Shown: positions 26,914-36,488 of the stretch, piece by piece
Numbering within the stretch: position 1 is the first letter of the stretch
How the letters are laid out: each line of letters starts with the position of its first letter
IMG/VR virus record: IMGVR_UViG_3300027898_000001
Reading direction: 5' to 3' (one strand)
From: a virus
Lineage: Duplodnaviria; Caudoviricetes
Length of the DNA: 64,000 bases
Notes under the pieces: generated by a model
Database searches by the model: none
Told to the model about the DNA's origin: nothing
Seen by the model: only the letters and a program-made list of their open reading frames with translations
Translations under genes and position numbers: made by a program

Positions 26914-27273
26914 ATGATTCCTATAAGTTTAGCTGAATTGACCAGATTAAAAGGATTGATACCAGCTTTCGATCCATCTGCTGATGTAACATTCGATCTT
27001 AATACAATCGCCTATATACGCGCAAGTGTTATACGGTCAACACATGTAGAAGTAGCTATGATTATCGGTTCAAAAGATATTCTTACTGAGAAGATATTGT
27101 TACTATTCGATCCTATAAATAATATTGAACTTGTACAAGCAGGTCTCCTTGGATCCATTTTAGCCATGCACGTTATTGTAGATTCAACTTGGCATGCAAA
27201 TACAATGATGATTATGGCCTACAACAATCGTAGTTCGGACGTAATCGCTAAATCTGTTTATTTGGTTGAATAG
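26914..27273 (+). CDS. hypothetical protein
   Basis: Operon packing. Confidence 0.65.
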   Translation: MIPISLAELTRLKGLIPAFDPSADVTFDLNTIAYIRASVIRSTHVEVAMIIGSKDILTEKILLLFDPINNIELVQAGLLGSILAMHVIVDSTWHANTMMIMAYNNRSSDVIAKSVYLVE

Positions 27274-27282
27274 GGGCATTAT

Positions 27283-27804
27283 ATGATTTTTGTATTCAAC
27301 AATCCAAACAATATAATCTACAACGATTATATTTATGTGTTTCTCCGTAGCTGGTACATGCCCAGTGTTCCAGAGTTCACTATCACTGGCGATAAGTGGT
27401 TGAAGTTACCTGCGTTGCGTACAGATATGTCTGAGAATCGCCAACACTATACTTGCTGCAATGCAAATGCTGCCCTGTCTGCCCTGATAACAATAGCTGC
27501 TAATGGTAGTGTGTTACGTGTAGGTAGAGCAACACCTAATACAGTGTGTGATGAAACCGTGTTTGCATTAATTAAGGAGGACGCTATAAATGTGGAGTTG
27601 TGGGAACGCAATAACAATAAGCCTTGGCCGTATGACAACATGTTTGCTAAGACTCTCGTGAAGAAGCGGTATGAAGTGGTATACGGTACTAACACAACAC
27701 CGTTCAATGAAAATATCAATGACGCGGCTTACAATGCTATATCAAGTAAGTTAAAGCCGAAGCCTTGTAATTGCGGTAAAACAAAGGTGATTACAAAGAT
27801 ATGA
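27283..27804 (+). CDS. hypothetical protein
   Basis: AGGGG RBS; C-terminal KPCNCG. Confidence 0.7.
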   Translation: MIFVFNNPNNIIYNDYIYVFLRSWYMPSVPEFTITGDKWLKLPALRTDMSENRQHYTCCNANAALSALITIAANGSVLRVGRATPNTVCDETVFALIKEDAINVELWERNNNKPWPYDNMFAKTLVKKRYEVVYGTNTTPFNENINDAAYNAISSKLKPKPCNCGKTKVITKI

Positions 27805-28124
27805 CTAACGATATTAAACCTCGTTTTGCACCTAGAGACATTGTGAAAGAGTCTGCGGAGATTAGTTCGATACTATCTACTTTATATAAAGGTACTCGTG
27901 TAGAGCTATTTGAATATCTACCTAGACCAAATTGTCCTAGATGCCACGCACCTGTTACCAACTTCATCATAATAGTAGAAGATACAACATACAAGATGGA
28001 AGCAGAGTGTTTAGAAAAAGAAAAGAAGTATGCTTGCAGTTATGAATTCTATCGCGTCAATAGAGATGATTTTGATTTAACCAAAGTTGTTGGACTTGCA
28101 CCAGAATACGATCACTACAAATAA
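27801..28124 (+). CDS. hypothetical protein with CxxC
   Basis: ATGA overlap; CPRCH. Confidence 0.7.
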   Translation: MTNDIKPRFAPRDIVKESAEISSILSTLYKGTRVELFEYLPRPNCPRCHAPVTNFIIIVEDTTYKMEAECLEKEKKYACSYEFYRVNRDDFDLTKVVGLAPEYDHYK

Positions 28125-28126
28125 TA

Positions 28127-28149
28127 GGGAGCACTAGGCTCCCATTTTT
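28127..28149 (+). terminator. intrinsic terminator
   Basis: GGGAGC-ACTAG-GCTCCC-ATTTTT. Confidence 0.65.
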
Positions 28150-28182
28150 ACGTCTCCAATCTCGCAAAATTTAGATATATTT

Positions 28183-28300
28183 TTGTTTTAAAATATGATA
28201 TAATGACTTATATTTACAAAAGAACATCCTGTTCAAACTTTGTAGGTATACGTCATAATCCATATTCAAATGTTTGTAAACTTTAGGAGTATCAAATATG
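28183..28300 (+). promoter_or_regulatory. repeat cassette copy 2
   Basis: TG-A-TATAAT(28199), hairpin 28205-28254 with GAC/GTC base, AGGAG, ATG 28298; poor -35. Confidence 0.8.
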
Positions 28301-28921
28301 AAAGCTACATACGAATCTACAGTATCCTTGATTGAATCCCTGCTTCTTTGCGTTAAACATAAATCACACAAAGCATTAGTGTACACCAAATTCAGCATAG
28401 TTTCTCTGACTGAATATCGAGAGACAATTATAACCGTCCGCAGTATTTCACAATCTGTGGAAATAAAACAACACAGTCATATAGCTGAATTTGCAGACTC
28501 GAAAAAGGTTTTTAAATTTAAAAACACCAATCTAACAACTATACATGCTTATGTAGGGACCACAATTCGGGACTACCAGCCACACGGTAACTTTGTAGGT
28601 CATATTCGAGCCACAATGTGTGATTCACCGTACGTGAACAATACGCAGGATGTTATGGACAAATATGGCTATTATTCTGCAACTGAATTGTTGATGACTC
28701 TCGCTGTTCATGTGGACGCACACGCCATTAAACCATTCTATTTCAACGTACTTGTTTTAGAGAACGGTCACATTCAACTTCTACTGGGGTTTATGAATAC
28801 CAATTTTGAGGTAGTTGCTCGATTATTAGGTTACCCTACATTAGGTATTATGGCACGAACACTTCGCACTCTAGGTGGTAAGGTTGTCATTAAACATAAA
28901 AATATGAGCATCACATTTTAA
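28298..28921 (+). CDS. hypothetical protein (first gene after cassette 2)
   Basis: RBS supplied by the cassette. Confidence 0.75.
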   Translation: MKATYESTVSLIESLLLCVKHKSHKALVYTKFSIVSLTEYRETIITVRSISQSVEIKQHSHIAEFADSKKVFKFKNTNLTTIHAYVGTTIRDYQPHGNFVGHIRATMCDSPYVNNTQDVMDKYGYYSATELLMTLAVHVDAHAIKPFYFNVLVLENGHIQLLLGFMNTNFEVVARLLGYPTLGIMARTLRTLGGKVVIKHKNMSITF

Positions 28922-28946
28922 CCATCAAAAATACATAGGTATAAAC

Positions 28947-29306
28947 ATGTTAGAAGATATATCTGACTTTATAACTGTATGTATAAACCACGAAGTTAGA
29001 CCCTCACAATCAAAATGGTTTATGTTTGAAAAATTTGAAGTCTATCTACGTGCCGGTACTGTTTATGCAGGCAATGGTAAATATGTTAAAGGTGTTACTA
29101 TCTCAAACATTAATGTATTTCCAAACTATCAACGTACTGGTGTGTTCAAAGCATTTTTAACAGACTTAACATCACTCGCTAAGTCCAAATATTATGAATA
29201 CATTGTTGTAGAAAATGTTATCAATCCAGATTTGCGCACGTATTTATTCTCACTGAAATACGAACAGTGTCCAGGTAATCCAGTTTCCCTTCGTACTAAA
29301 CTTTAG
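28947..29306 (+). CDS. GNAT-fold acetyltransferase-like protein
   Basis: ISNINVFPNYQRTGVFK resembles GNAT motif A (QxxGxG/A-like). Confidence 0.55.
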   Translation: MLEDISDFITVCINHEVRPSQSKWFMFEKFEVYLRAGTVYAGNGKYVKGVTISNINVFPNYQRTGVFKAFLTDLTSLAKSKYYEYIVVENVINPDLRTYLFSLKYEQCPGNPVSLRTKL

Positions 29307-29315
29307 GAGTAATGT

Positions 29316-29750
29316 ATGAATCATTCTAACTTAGAATTAATGGTTCGCGTATTAGCAACACTCGATCCAGCTTTGCACTATGAACCATTACCGCAATCGG
29401 ATGTTAGTGGTAATAAACCTCTTTTGCCTGCACACAGCTTGGAAGAGTTACAGCATTGCTGCTATCGTGCTAGTTTTACTACGTTGTTTGCACTCACCGA
29501 TAAAGGTAAAGCTGCTGGGTGTAGTGTTGATATGAATGGTCGTATGATGTTCAATAAGTGTCACAGTATAGAAGCATTACTGCACTTTTTAGAAATAGAT
29601 TTCAATACAGCTCGGTTATTGGAGTGTGGTGATTTAATCCACAAAGGTACCACTATATTCTCAGACTTCTACAACAAACCGTATGCTGATGTTACACTTA
29701 CAGATACCATTTCCCGACTTCAAAATCTTATACATAAAACTCAGGAGTAA
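29316..29750 (+). CDS. hypothetical protein
   Basis: AGGAG RBS. Confidence 0.75.
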   Translation: MNHSNLELMVRVLATLDPALHYEPLPQSDVSGNKPLLPAHSLEELQHCCYRASFTTLFALTDKGKAAGCSVDMNGRMMFNKCHSIEALLHFLEIDFNTARLLECGDLIHKGTTIFSDFYNKPYADVTLTDTISRLQNLIHKTQE

Positions 29751-29754
29751 ATGT

Positions 29755-30207
29755 ATGAATATTTATAAACACTTACACTATCTATTGTCCGCAGCTATCC
29801 ACGATATGTGTAACTATAATGTTTCTATCACAGGTATAGATACTGCACTCGAAGGTATTTGGGATCGTGGAATATTTCATGTGCGAATTGACACGCCGAA
29901 AGGTTGTTATACGGATGTTCAGAACTGGTCCTACACTGTAGGGAAAGATAAACAGGCTATTGAATATTTACCTCAAATTTTACTTCAGGATGAAGGTAAT
30001 GCGGGTAGTGATTTTCCTCATTTACCTAACCCTACACTTGAACGCTTCTACACTGAGCTGATGCGTAAGTTTACTATAAAACTTATCCGGTGTAATGGTT
30101 CTAATGATAAGCCTACAGTTGGTTTATTATTCTACGATCCTCAAATAATGGGTGATGGTTTAATGGTCCGCTACTGTTCACGCAATAACATAGGTATTCA
30201 AGAATGA
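29755..30207 (+). CDS. hypothetical protein
   Basis: AGGAG RBS, MNIYKH. Confidence 0.7.
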   Translation: MNIYKHLHYLLSAAIHDMCNYNVSITGIDTALEGIWDRGIFHVRIDTPKGCYTDVQNWSYTVGKDKQAIEYLPQILLQDEGNAGSDFPHLPNPTLERFYTELMRKFTIKLIRCNGSNDKPTVGLLFYDPQIMGDGLMVRYCSRNNIGIQE

Positions 30208-30707
30208 ATAAACTACAACGTGCATTTTATGAGAAAGAATTGGACCATGCTAACAAATGGAATCGCTTGTCTGCTTACAATGCGATAGGCTTTACCAAAA
30301 AAGCATTTGATGATCCATTTCCAATGATTCGTCTTAAAGCGTATGAGGCTCTCGGCTTCACACCCGAATCTCGTCACGATATTGACGAAGCTATTAGAAT
30401 GGCAGCTTGTCGTAAAATCGGCTTTATTCCAGGCATGTGTTTGGATGAGGACGTGCGTGTTCGATTAGAAGCACTGCGTTACTTTAAATTCCCTGTGGAG
30501 GCGTTTAAAGACAAAAGCAATGTTGTTCGTGAAGCAGCGTATGACTTTCACGGTTACACTTCGGAAGCCTTTTTCGATGAGCACTATGTAATACGTTTAA
30601 AAGCATACAGACAATTAGGTTTTACTCCTGATGCTTTGAAAGATCCAAACAAACATATCGTGCAAGAAGCCAAACGTGTTCTTGCCTTTATTTCTGAAAA
30701 CAGTTGA
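30204..30707 (+). CDS. HEAT-like repeat protein
   Basis: Recurring DxxxxIRLxAYxxLGF units. Confidence 0.65.
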   Translation: MNKLQRAFYEKELDHANKWNRLSAYNAIGFTKKAFDDPFPMIRLKAYEALGFTPESRHDIDEAIRMAACRKIGFIPGMCLDEDVRVRLEALRYFKFPVEAFKDKSNVVREAAYDFHGYTSEAFFDEHYVIRLKAYRQLGFTPDALKDPNKHIVQEAKRVLAFISENS

Positions 30708-30714
30708 GGTTATT

Positions 30715-31110
30715 ATGAATATTTCTCTTTTAAACGATATTGGTTTATTTTTTGCCGGCGCTGCATTTTGCGCACTCACATTCTCCACAATAGTTATACC
30801 ACATATACTGTACCGTGCAGAGCGTAGACACATAAATGAAGTTAAGGCACATGTTCTCCTTAATATGGAGACCACTCTAATGTTGTTACAGAAAAGTGCG
30901 GCAGAGGTTTTGGAAACGTATGATTGGAATGAAATCTCCAAAGAAATCATTTTGATGTACAAGGCCGATGTTACTACAAACATTGAGAATATGCGTATTC
31001 GTTTGGACTTGGAAGAGACAAAGAGCTTTTGCATATTGCGCGATTCTGTTATGCGAGAAGTAGACGCACAACTAGACCTCGCACAATCTCTAAAAGCGAG
31101 AGGTGAATAA
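30715..31110 (+). CDS. hypothetical protein with N-terminal TM segment
   Basis: GAGG RBS; hydrophobic N-terminus. Confidence 0.7.
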   Translation: MNISLLNDIGLFFAGAAFCALTFSTIVIPHILYRAERRHINEVKAHVLLNMETTLMLLQKSAAEVLETYDWNEISKEIILMYKADVTTNIENMRIRLDLEETKSFCILRDSVMREVDAQLDLAQSLKARGE

Positions 31111-31111
31111 A

Positions 31112-31489
31112 ATGAAAATTGCCTTACAATCTACTACAGCCGTAATGGTTCCAGTCACGCGCCAGCAAAAGGTCAACTTATCTTTATTTGCTAAAATGTT
31201 GCAGTATGATTCTAATGAAGATTTGGAAATGGTCATACAGAGTATGCCTTTTCATGTTGTTTGTGAACCACCCCGTGATAGCAGATTACACACATACTGT
31301 TTGCGCTTTTGTTATGATATGACAGAACATTTTGGGGATGTTATTCCCAAATATCTTGGATTCGCAGGCTTCACCCAAATGTGTGATGTTATACACAGGT
31401 TGCAGTACAAAAATAAACGCATGACAGTTATAAGCCGCAAAGTTGATGCGCATACTATTATGATAGCTTTACGCATATACTCAGTTTGA
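31112..31489 (+). CDS. hypothetical protein
   Basis: GAGGTG RBS. Confidence 0.7.
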   Translation: MKIALQSTTAVMVPVTRQQKVNLSLFAKMLQYDSNEDLEMVIQSMPFHVVCEPPRDSRLHTYCLRFCYDMTEHFGDVIPKYLGFAGFTQMCDVIHRLQYKNKRMTVISRKVDAHTIMIALRIYSV

Positions 31490-31496
31490 GGTTACT

Positions 31497-32231
31497 ATGA
31501 AACAATTAAGTACAAAACAATTCACAGGTGATGTTGCTTTCAAAAAGCTAAACACTGGTTGTTATTGGGAATCTAACGTATTTGGACAATGGCGTGAATG
31601 TCTGCTAAAAGATGAAAGCGGTCTGCCATTCCCAGTAATAACTGCGAAACCTGAAGGTTACAATCGCAAAGCGTTCTTGCGTAAGTTAGATGATGTTTCA
31701 AAGAAAGCCAAAGCAGTAAAGACTAAAAAGCCTAATGTTCATCGGTGGGAAGAATCTGATGACGTTATTGGTGGAGCATTGTTGTACAAAGGTTGTACGT
31801 GGCCGAATGATTATCGTCAGTATATTGCTGATGGTGTTATTCCAAGTCGAGAGTTTTATAACCTCGTTACAGGTAAAGATTTAGATACATTGCCCAGTTA
31901 TGTGCAACACGATAGCAAGAAAGCTAATAGCAAGAAAACTGTTGCTGTTGCTCAATCTAAATCTACTCCTGCAAAGAAAGAAAAAGATTCAGGCAAGAAA
32001 TCGTTTACGCCTGATGTTGTTGAACTAGGAACTATACCTGTATCTGATGCCACGCAAATCAGTGTGCGTATAAATACAGTGGATGGTGCTAAGAAATTGG
32101 ATATCCGCGCATGGTACAAAACAAAGCAGATGACTGAATTTGCACCGAGCCCAAAAGGCGTATCCATAGATACTAAGCACTTAAAGAAATTGCGTAAGAT
32201 GCTTAGTGCTGCCATTGAATTAGAGGAGTAG
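31497..32231 (+). CDS. two-domain protein with C-terminal PC4-like ssDNA-binding domain
   Basis: ISVRINTVDGAKKLDIRAWY...PSPKGVSI matches PC4/YdbC pattern. Confidence 0.7.
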   Translation: MKQLSTKQFTGDVAFKKLNTGCYWESNVFGQWRECLLKDESGLPFPVITAKPEGYNRKAFLRKLDDVSKKAKAVKTKKPNVHRWEESDDVIGGALLYKGCTWPNDYRQYIADGVIPSREFYNLVTGKDLDTLPSYVQHDSKKANSKKTVAVAQSKSTPAKKEKDSGKKSFTPDVVELGTIPVSDATQISVRINTVDGAKKLDIRAWYKTKQMTEFAPSPKGVSIDTKHLKKLRKMLSAAIELEE

Positions 32232-32233
32232 TT

Positions 32234-32545
32234 ATGCGAACACTGTCCCTTATGATGTTTTTGATTGTAGCATTCCTACTATTCAAAATATACACCACAG
32301 TACATGGGAACGATCAACTAGTTACAAATGAGCAACAACAGGCACATCCAACTGCACCTCCTGCACAGCATGTACCAATAACGCATAACGATATTAGGCA
32401 TTATGAATTGGATGACAAGGAAGTATCTGCCACAGAGTTCGTGTATAACAATCACACTATACATGAAATAACATTGCCAACTGGTTTTACTTGCCACTAC
32501 GTTGATAGTGATATGAATAAATCCTTATCGTGCGTTAAAAATTAA
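32234..32545 (+). CDS. membrane-anchored hypothetical protein
   Basis: GGAG RBS; N-terminal hydrophobic helix. Confidence 0.7.
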   Translation: MRTLSLMMFLIVAFLLFKIYTTVHGNDQLVTNEQQQAHPTAPPAQHVPITHNDIRHYELDDKEVSATEFVYNNHTIHEITLPTGFTCHYVDSDMNKSLSCVKN

Positions 32546-32548
32546 ACT

Positions 32549-32670
32549 TTGTTTTGTTTTCAAAATGTGATATAATGAGCTATACCTGCGAAACATCCTG
32601 TTCATAAATTTTGCAGGTATAGCTTTTAATACATATTAAAATGTTTGTAAACTTCAGGAGTTCAATCATG
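32549..32670 (+). promoter_or_regulatory. repeat cassette copy 3
   Basis: TG-A-TATAAT(32571), hairpin AGCTATACCTGCGAAA/TTTTGCAGGTATAGCT, AGGAG, ATG 32668. Confidence 0.8.
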
Positions 32671-33063
32671 TGTAAATTTGTAAAGTTGCGTATTAATAAA
32701 CCAGATGGTGAACACGTACACTTTGACGTAAAACTGGACGCGAATGATTTGTGCCAGTTCATTGAATACGCATTACCGCATGTTCGCAATTATTTGAACG
32801 TGCGCCGTTTAGCCTTATTCCACTCTCCGAATACGGAGCATCTAGGCGGTGTATTCAAAGAAAGTTTGAACAGCACGAAAGCGCGTGAACTGTTCTATGA
32901 TATATCTCCTGTAGTCGCACAACTGCTTCTGGAATCTATTCCGGGTAAGCGTCACACTATCATGCGCCCAAATACTAAAGTAGTTATTGGCACTGCCATT
33001 CAATCCGTATTATCAACCGCTATAACGCACAATACTGGCGTTATATTCTCAGAAATAAAATAA
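32668..33063 (+). CDS. hypothetical protein (first gene after cassette 3)
   Basis: RBS supplied by the cassette. Confidence 0.7.
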   Translation: MCKFVKLRINKPDGEHVHFDVKLDANDLCQFIEYALPHVRNYLNVRRLALFHSPNTEHLGGVFKESLNSTKARELFYDISPVVAQLLLESIPGKRHTIMRPNTKVVIGTAIQSVLSTAITHNTGVIFSEIK

Positions 33064-33075
33064 GGAGAAACTACC

Positions 33076-33462
33076 ATGACCGACGATTGTAATTGCCCCG
33101 CATGCCAATTGCTACGCGCTATAGAAAGAGACAGTATATCTTCTATACGCACATTTGCTGCGCCTTCTCCTGCCGACTTTGAGGAAAATACTGATGATGA
33201 ATTGGTGTTAGGTATTGTAGAACAAAATATGTTACCAGAAGCTGCCGTAGAATTTGTTACTACTATACGTGCTGCATTGGTAGATGCTCCTGATGACGTG
33301 TCTGTTGACAGTGATTGGTTTGAAAACGTGTATGCTCCAGCCGTTATTAAAATGTTGAAAGCGACTTCTGGTAATAAAGCTGTTGCAATTAAGAACGTGC
33401 GCGAGGAACCAACACGATTCAAAAATAAATCGTTTGTAGATTCCAGTACAACAATTCACTAA
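33076..33462 (+). CDS. hypothetical protein
   Basis: AAGGAG RBS. Confidence 0.75.
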   Translation: MTDDCNCPACQLLRAIERDSISSIRTFAAPSPADFEENTDDELVLGIVEQNMLPEAAVEFVTTIRAALVDAPDDVSVDSDWFENVYAPAVIKMLKATSGNKAVAIKNVREEPTRFKNKSFVDSSTTIH

Positions 33463-33496
33463 CAATAAAGTCTTTTCATAGTACAAAGATTTTATA

Positions 33497-33694
33497 ATGG
33501 CTGATATAACTGTTCATTTAGATTTACGCACTGCGCATGTTGCAGTGTATTCTGAAAGCGTTAAAGTTTGTGATTATACCGTACGAGAAGTTTTGATACA
33601 AAAAGGTTTCCATATTGCAGATGATTATAATGCCATAGAATCTGCGGCTAAGGAATTGTATTGTGAATCGTTAAAAGGAAATAAAAATGCCTAA
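33497..33694 (+). CDS. hypothetical protein
   Basis: Operon packing. Confidence 0.6.
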   Translation: MADITVHLDLRTAHVAVYSESVKVCDYTVREVLIQKGFHIADDYNAIESAAKELYCESLKGNKNA

Positions 33695-34004
33695 CGAAAT
33701 TGATAGTATACCAATGTGGGTCCACGGTTCTGGAATACCGCAAGATGAATTAGAAGCTATTTTAGCTAATTCTTCACCGACCTCAGATAAAAAGAAACTC
33801 CATTTGATTGTTTATATAAAGTTTCTTTCAGTCTGTGTATTTACGGCACTTAATGCTTTGCTTTTGTTTTATTTCTTTGGCCTGTTTGCAGACTACTTTA
33901 ACAAAGACTTGCTGTGTCCGTACATCATAACATCCTCGGTGCTTAACCCCACATTTATGATGTGGTTAGCCTTCCGTAAATTCAAAATCATCTTAATAGA
34001 GTGA
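33687..34004 (+). CDS. membrane protein (2 TM)
   Basis: AAGGA RBS; hydrophobic segments. Confidence 0.65.
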   Translation: MPNEIDSIPMWVHGSGIPQDELEAILANSSPTSDKKKLHLIVYIKFLSVCVFTALNALLLFYFFGLFADYFNKDLLCPYIITSSVLNPTFMMWLAFRKFKIILIE

Positions 34005-34007
34005 CCC

Positions 34008-34412
34008 ATGAAAATATTAATTGCATTCAATGGCATGAATACTGAAAAGGAACATGATACAATAGTGCCGAACTTTGTTATCATTTCCAAGCTAACCTTA
34101 AACATTAAGATAAAGTTGAGCGATACTCAAGGTAGTTTGTTTGAGCGCCTTAAAAAGCATGTTACAAAATACCTACCGAACACTTTGCCTAATTGCGACC
34201 CTGCTGCTGTCAACAGAATCCTAAATTTTGTTTACTGTGAGATAGATAGCGTGTTTACTTCCATTACTAACGGCAAGGATTACACTTTACGCTCACGACA
34301 CAGTGATGGTATTTTCTCTAACGGTAAACCATTTGCATCATTCACTGTATTAATCTTAGCACCTACTGATATTAAAGTAGAGTACCAAGATTTTTATACC
34401 TTCTATAGTTGA
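34008..34412 (+). CDS. hypothetical protein
   Basis: Operon packing. Confidence 0.65.
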   Translation: MKILIAFNGMNTEKEHDTIVPNFVIISKLTLNIKIKLSDTQGSLFERLKKHVTKYLPNTLPNCDPAAVNRILNFVYCEIDSVFTSITNGKDYTLRSRHSDGIFSNGKPFASFTVLILAPTDIKVEYQDFYTFYS

Positions 34413-34420
34413 GGTGTGTT

Positions 34421-34879
34421 ATGCGTATTACAATTTCAACACGTCCTAAGAAAAACTTTGTTTCTACAAGCATGAGTTTTTCCCTTAGCAAATTAGAACA
34501 TGATTGTACGGAATACTCTCCTGAAATGTTACGCCATGCCATTAAAATGGTTGCTCTGCCAAATGCACAAGAGTTCCATCATTGGTGTGTTGAGTATTCT
34601 GCTTTTCTATCGCGCTTTGTTTACAAAACTAAAGCTAAGGCTAAAGAGCGACGTGTTTATGATTGGATGTGGATGAAAAATATACCTCAGTGGTATGATG
34701 CAGTCACTACTGACGATTTGGTGGAAGAAACACCACCGTACGAGGACGTTAAAGCACAACTGCATACATTCCTAGTTTTGACGGCTAGGTATATAACGAA
34801 CAACGTCAATAGCAAAGTGCCAGATAAACCTACTATTGCTATTGTTCAATCCATGTTTAACGGTATTTATCCCAAATAG
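34421..34879 (+). CDS. hypothetical protein
   Basis: GAGGTG RBS. Confidence 0.7.
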   Translation: MRITISTRPKKNFVSTSMSFSLSKLEHDCTEYSPEMLRHAIKMVALPNAQEFHHWCVEYSAFLSRFVYKTKAKAKERRVYDWMWMKNIPQWYDAVTTDDLVEETPPYEDVKAQLHTFLVLTARYITNNVNSKVPDKPTIAIVQSMFNGIYPK

Positions 34880-34889
34880 AAGGTACATC

Positions 34890-35360
34890 ATGCGACAATA
34901 TACAAACTTGTACGGTGTGTTATCTGTTACATGCCAAAACACTTCTTATGAAGTTGTTGTATCACCAAAAACAGAACAAGTGTTATTCCCAATATCTCCG
35001 CGTATGTCTGAACAAGATATTCTCCGTATCTTGTTGAATCATCGTGTGTTTGATGATAAGCGCAATCGTGATAGATTGGCAGTTATCGGTAGAACCTTGC
35101 ACACAATGCGCGAGAAAGTATTTGCAGAACTAAAGAAACATTCTGTGGTACTATCGGCAGACTTCTTCGATTTGCCTGATGAACTGCAGGCAACGCGCAT
35201 CGGCAATGAAACCACGTTTGATAACTGCGATATTATGTTACCGAACACTTCACCAGTTACCTGTGTGGCTAACGTATATCCAACACCGTTTAAAGAAACA
35301 GTTGCAGATATGTATGCTATCTCAGACTACCTTGCAGAGGTATCTGACCATGTGGATTGA
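34890..35360 (+). CDS. hypothetical protein
   Basis: AAGGT RBS, MRQYTN. Confidence 0.7.
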   Translation: MRQYTNLYGVLSVTCQNTSYEVVVSPKTEQVLFPISPRMSEQDILRILLNHRVFDDKRNRDRLAVIGRTLHTMREKVFAELKKHSVVLSADFFDLPDELQATRIGNETTFDNCDIMLPNTSPVTCVANVYPTPFKETVADMYAISDYLAEVSDHVD

Positions 35361-35640
35361 TTATAAAATAGTCGTACTATTTGGTTTCGCCGTAATTCTT
35401 TTGCTCGTTTTGGTTGTTCTGTTGACTAGGACAATTACTTTGAACTCAATATCTAACGGCTACATTAGCCGAGAGGCTGCAGAGGGTTATGTTATTTGTT
35501 TGTATAACTTGGTTGAAAAGGATATTATACCTAATACTATCAAGCAATATCCTAATGTCGTCAAGTTGTGTGAAGAACACAAAACAAAACTCCGAATAAC
35601 AAGAGACAGTATCTTAAAAGGTATATGGAGAGTAAGATGA
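35350..35640 (+). CDS. membrane-anchored hypothetical protein
   Basis: GAGGT RBS, MWIDY, TM helix. Confidence 0.65.
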   Translation: MWIDYKIVVLFGFAVILLLVLVVLLTRTITLNSISNGYISREAAEGYVICLYNLVEKDIIPNTIKQYPNVVKLCEEHKTKLRITRDSILKGIWRVR

Positions 35641-35819
35641 ATACTTCTGCTGCTGCTGCTGCTGCTGCAACTGTTGAACTAGATACCCTAGTATCTAGTA
35701 TCCATGCGCTACGCACAATAAAGCCGATATTGTGGAAAATGGCATTAGATAAACACGCCAGCCAAATCGCAGATTATAAAAACAAATTTGGTTTAACGCC
35801 TACTCCTACGAGGTCATAA
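35637..35819 (+). CDS. small hypothetical protein with poly-Ala tract
   Basis: GGAG RBS; (GCT)6 at 35649-35666. Confidence 0.55.
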   Translation: MNTSAAAAAAATVELDTLVSSIHALRTIKPILWKMALDKHASQIADYKNKFGLTPTPTRS

Positions 35820-35820
35820 T

Positions 35821-36159
35821 ATGGTACATCTAATGAATGACGTTCACGTTTCTATGTTGCGTAAAGAAACGGTTGTACGGCTAGTTAGTGCTAAACGTAA
35901 ACGCAAGTTACAAAAGAAAGGCATCATTTGCTACTGGTCAGTAGTACATGATTCGTGGGTGTGGGATATGCCGGCAAAATCAAAAAGTCATGCTAACATT
36001 AGTGATTGGATGAGTTTATTGGAGCCGCTTGTAAATAATGTTGTAGATCAAATGAGTAAGCAAGCCCAACGCGACCGCGCTAACGATCCAGATATTATCA
36101 ACGGTGATTTTGTACATGTTGCTATTCGTGAATTACCTACCTCTAAAGGAGAACAATAA
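35821..36159 (+). CDS. hypothetical protein
   Basis: GAGG RBS. Confidence 0.65.
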   Translation: MVHLMNDVHVSMLRKETVVRLVSAKRKRKLQKKGIICYWSVVHDSWVWDMPAKSKSHANISDWMSLLEPLVNNVVDQMSKQAQRDRANDPDIINGDFVHVAIRELPTSKGEQ

Positions 36160-36485
36160 TGGAACAACCTATAGAAACACCTTCATCAAGATGGCATGCT
36201 AATGGTGAAAAAGATCCACATGCAGGGCACTATGATAAAGAACGCGCCGCTCTGTGTCTTGGACAATACACTGATGATGAAATAGCAAATGGTGCGTATC
36301 TAAACTACGATCAACCACTCAATATGCGCAAGCTGTTGGCCGATGAAGAAGGTTATCACACACCTATTGTTTGGATGCAAGCCGTAAAAGATCGCATCCG
36401 TTGGTTATCCCGCGCTTTGCAAAAATCCGAGGCTGAATGTTTAGAATTGCGTAAGCGTTTAGCACAATACGAAAATAAGGAATAA
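36159..36485 (+). CDS. hypothetical phage protein
   Basis: GGAG RBS, TAATG overlap. Confidence 0.75.
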   Translation: MEQPIETPSSRWHANGEKDPHAGHYDKERAALCLGQYTDDEIANGAYLNYDQPLNMRKLLADEEGYHTPIVWMQAVKDRIRWLSRALQKSEAECLELRKRLAQYENKE

Positions 36486-36488
36486 AAT

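Noticed and set aside
28211-28218. Minus-strand TGTAAATA in cassette 2 (and at 58423 inside a CDS)
   Set aside because: Antisense to local genes and explained as a stem arm or a chance match
28171-28398. Similar antisense peptides across cassettes (28171..28398, 37874..38158, 32580..32789), e.g. FDTPxVYKHLNMDY
   Set aside because: Similarity comes only from the shared non-coding repeat; starts, stops and lengths differ between copies
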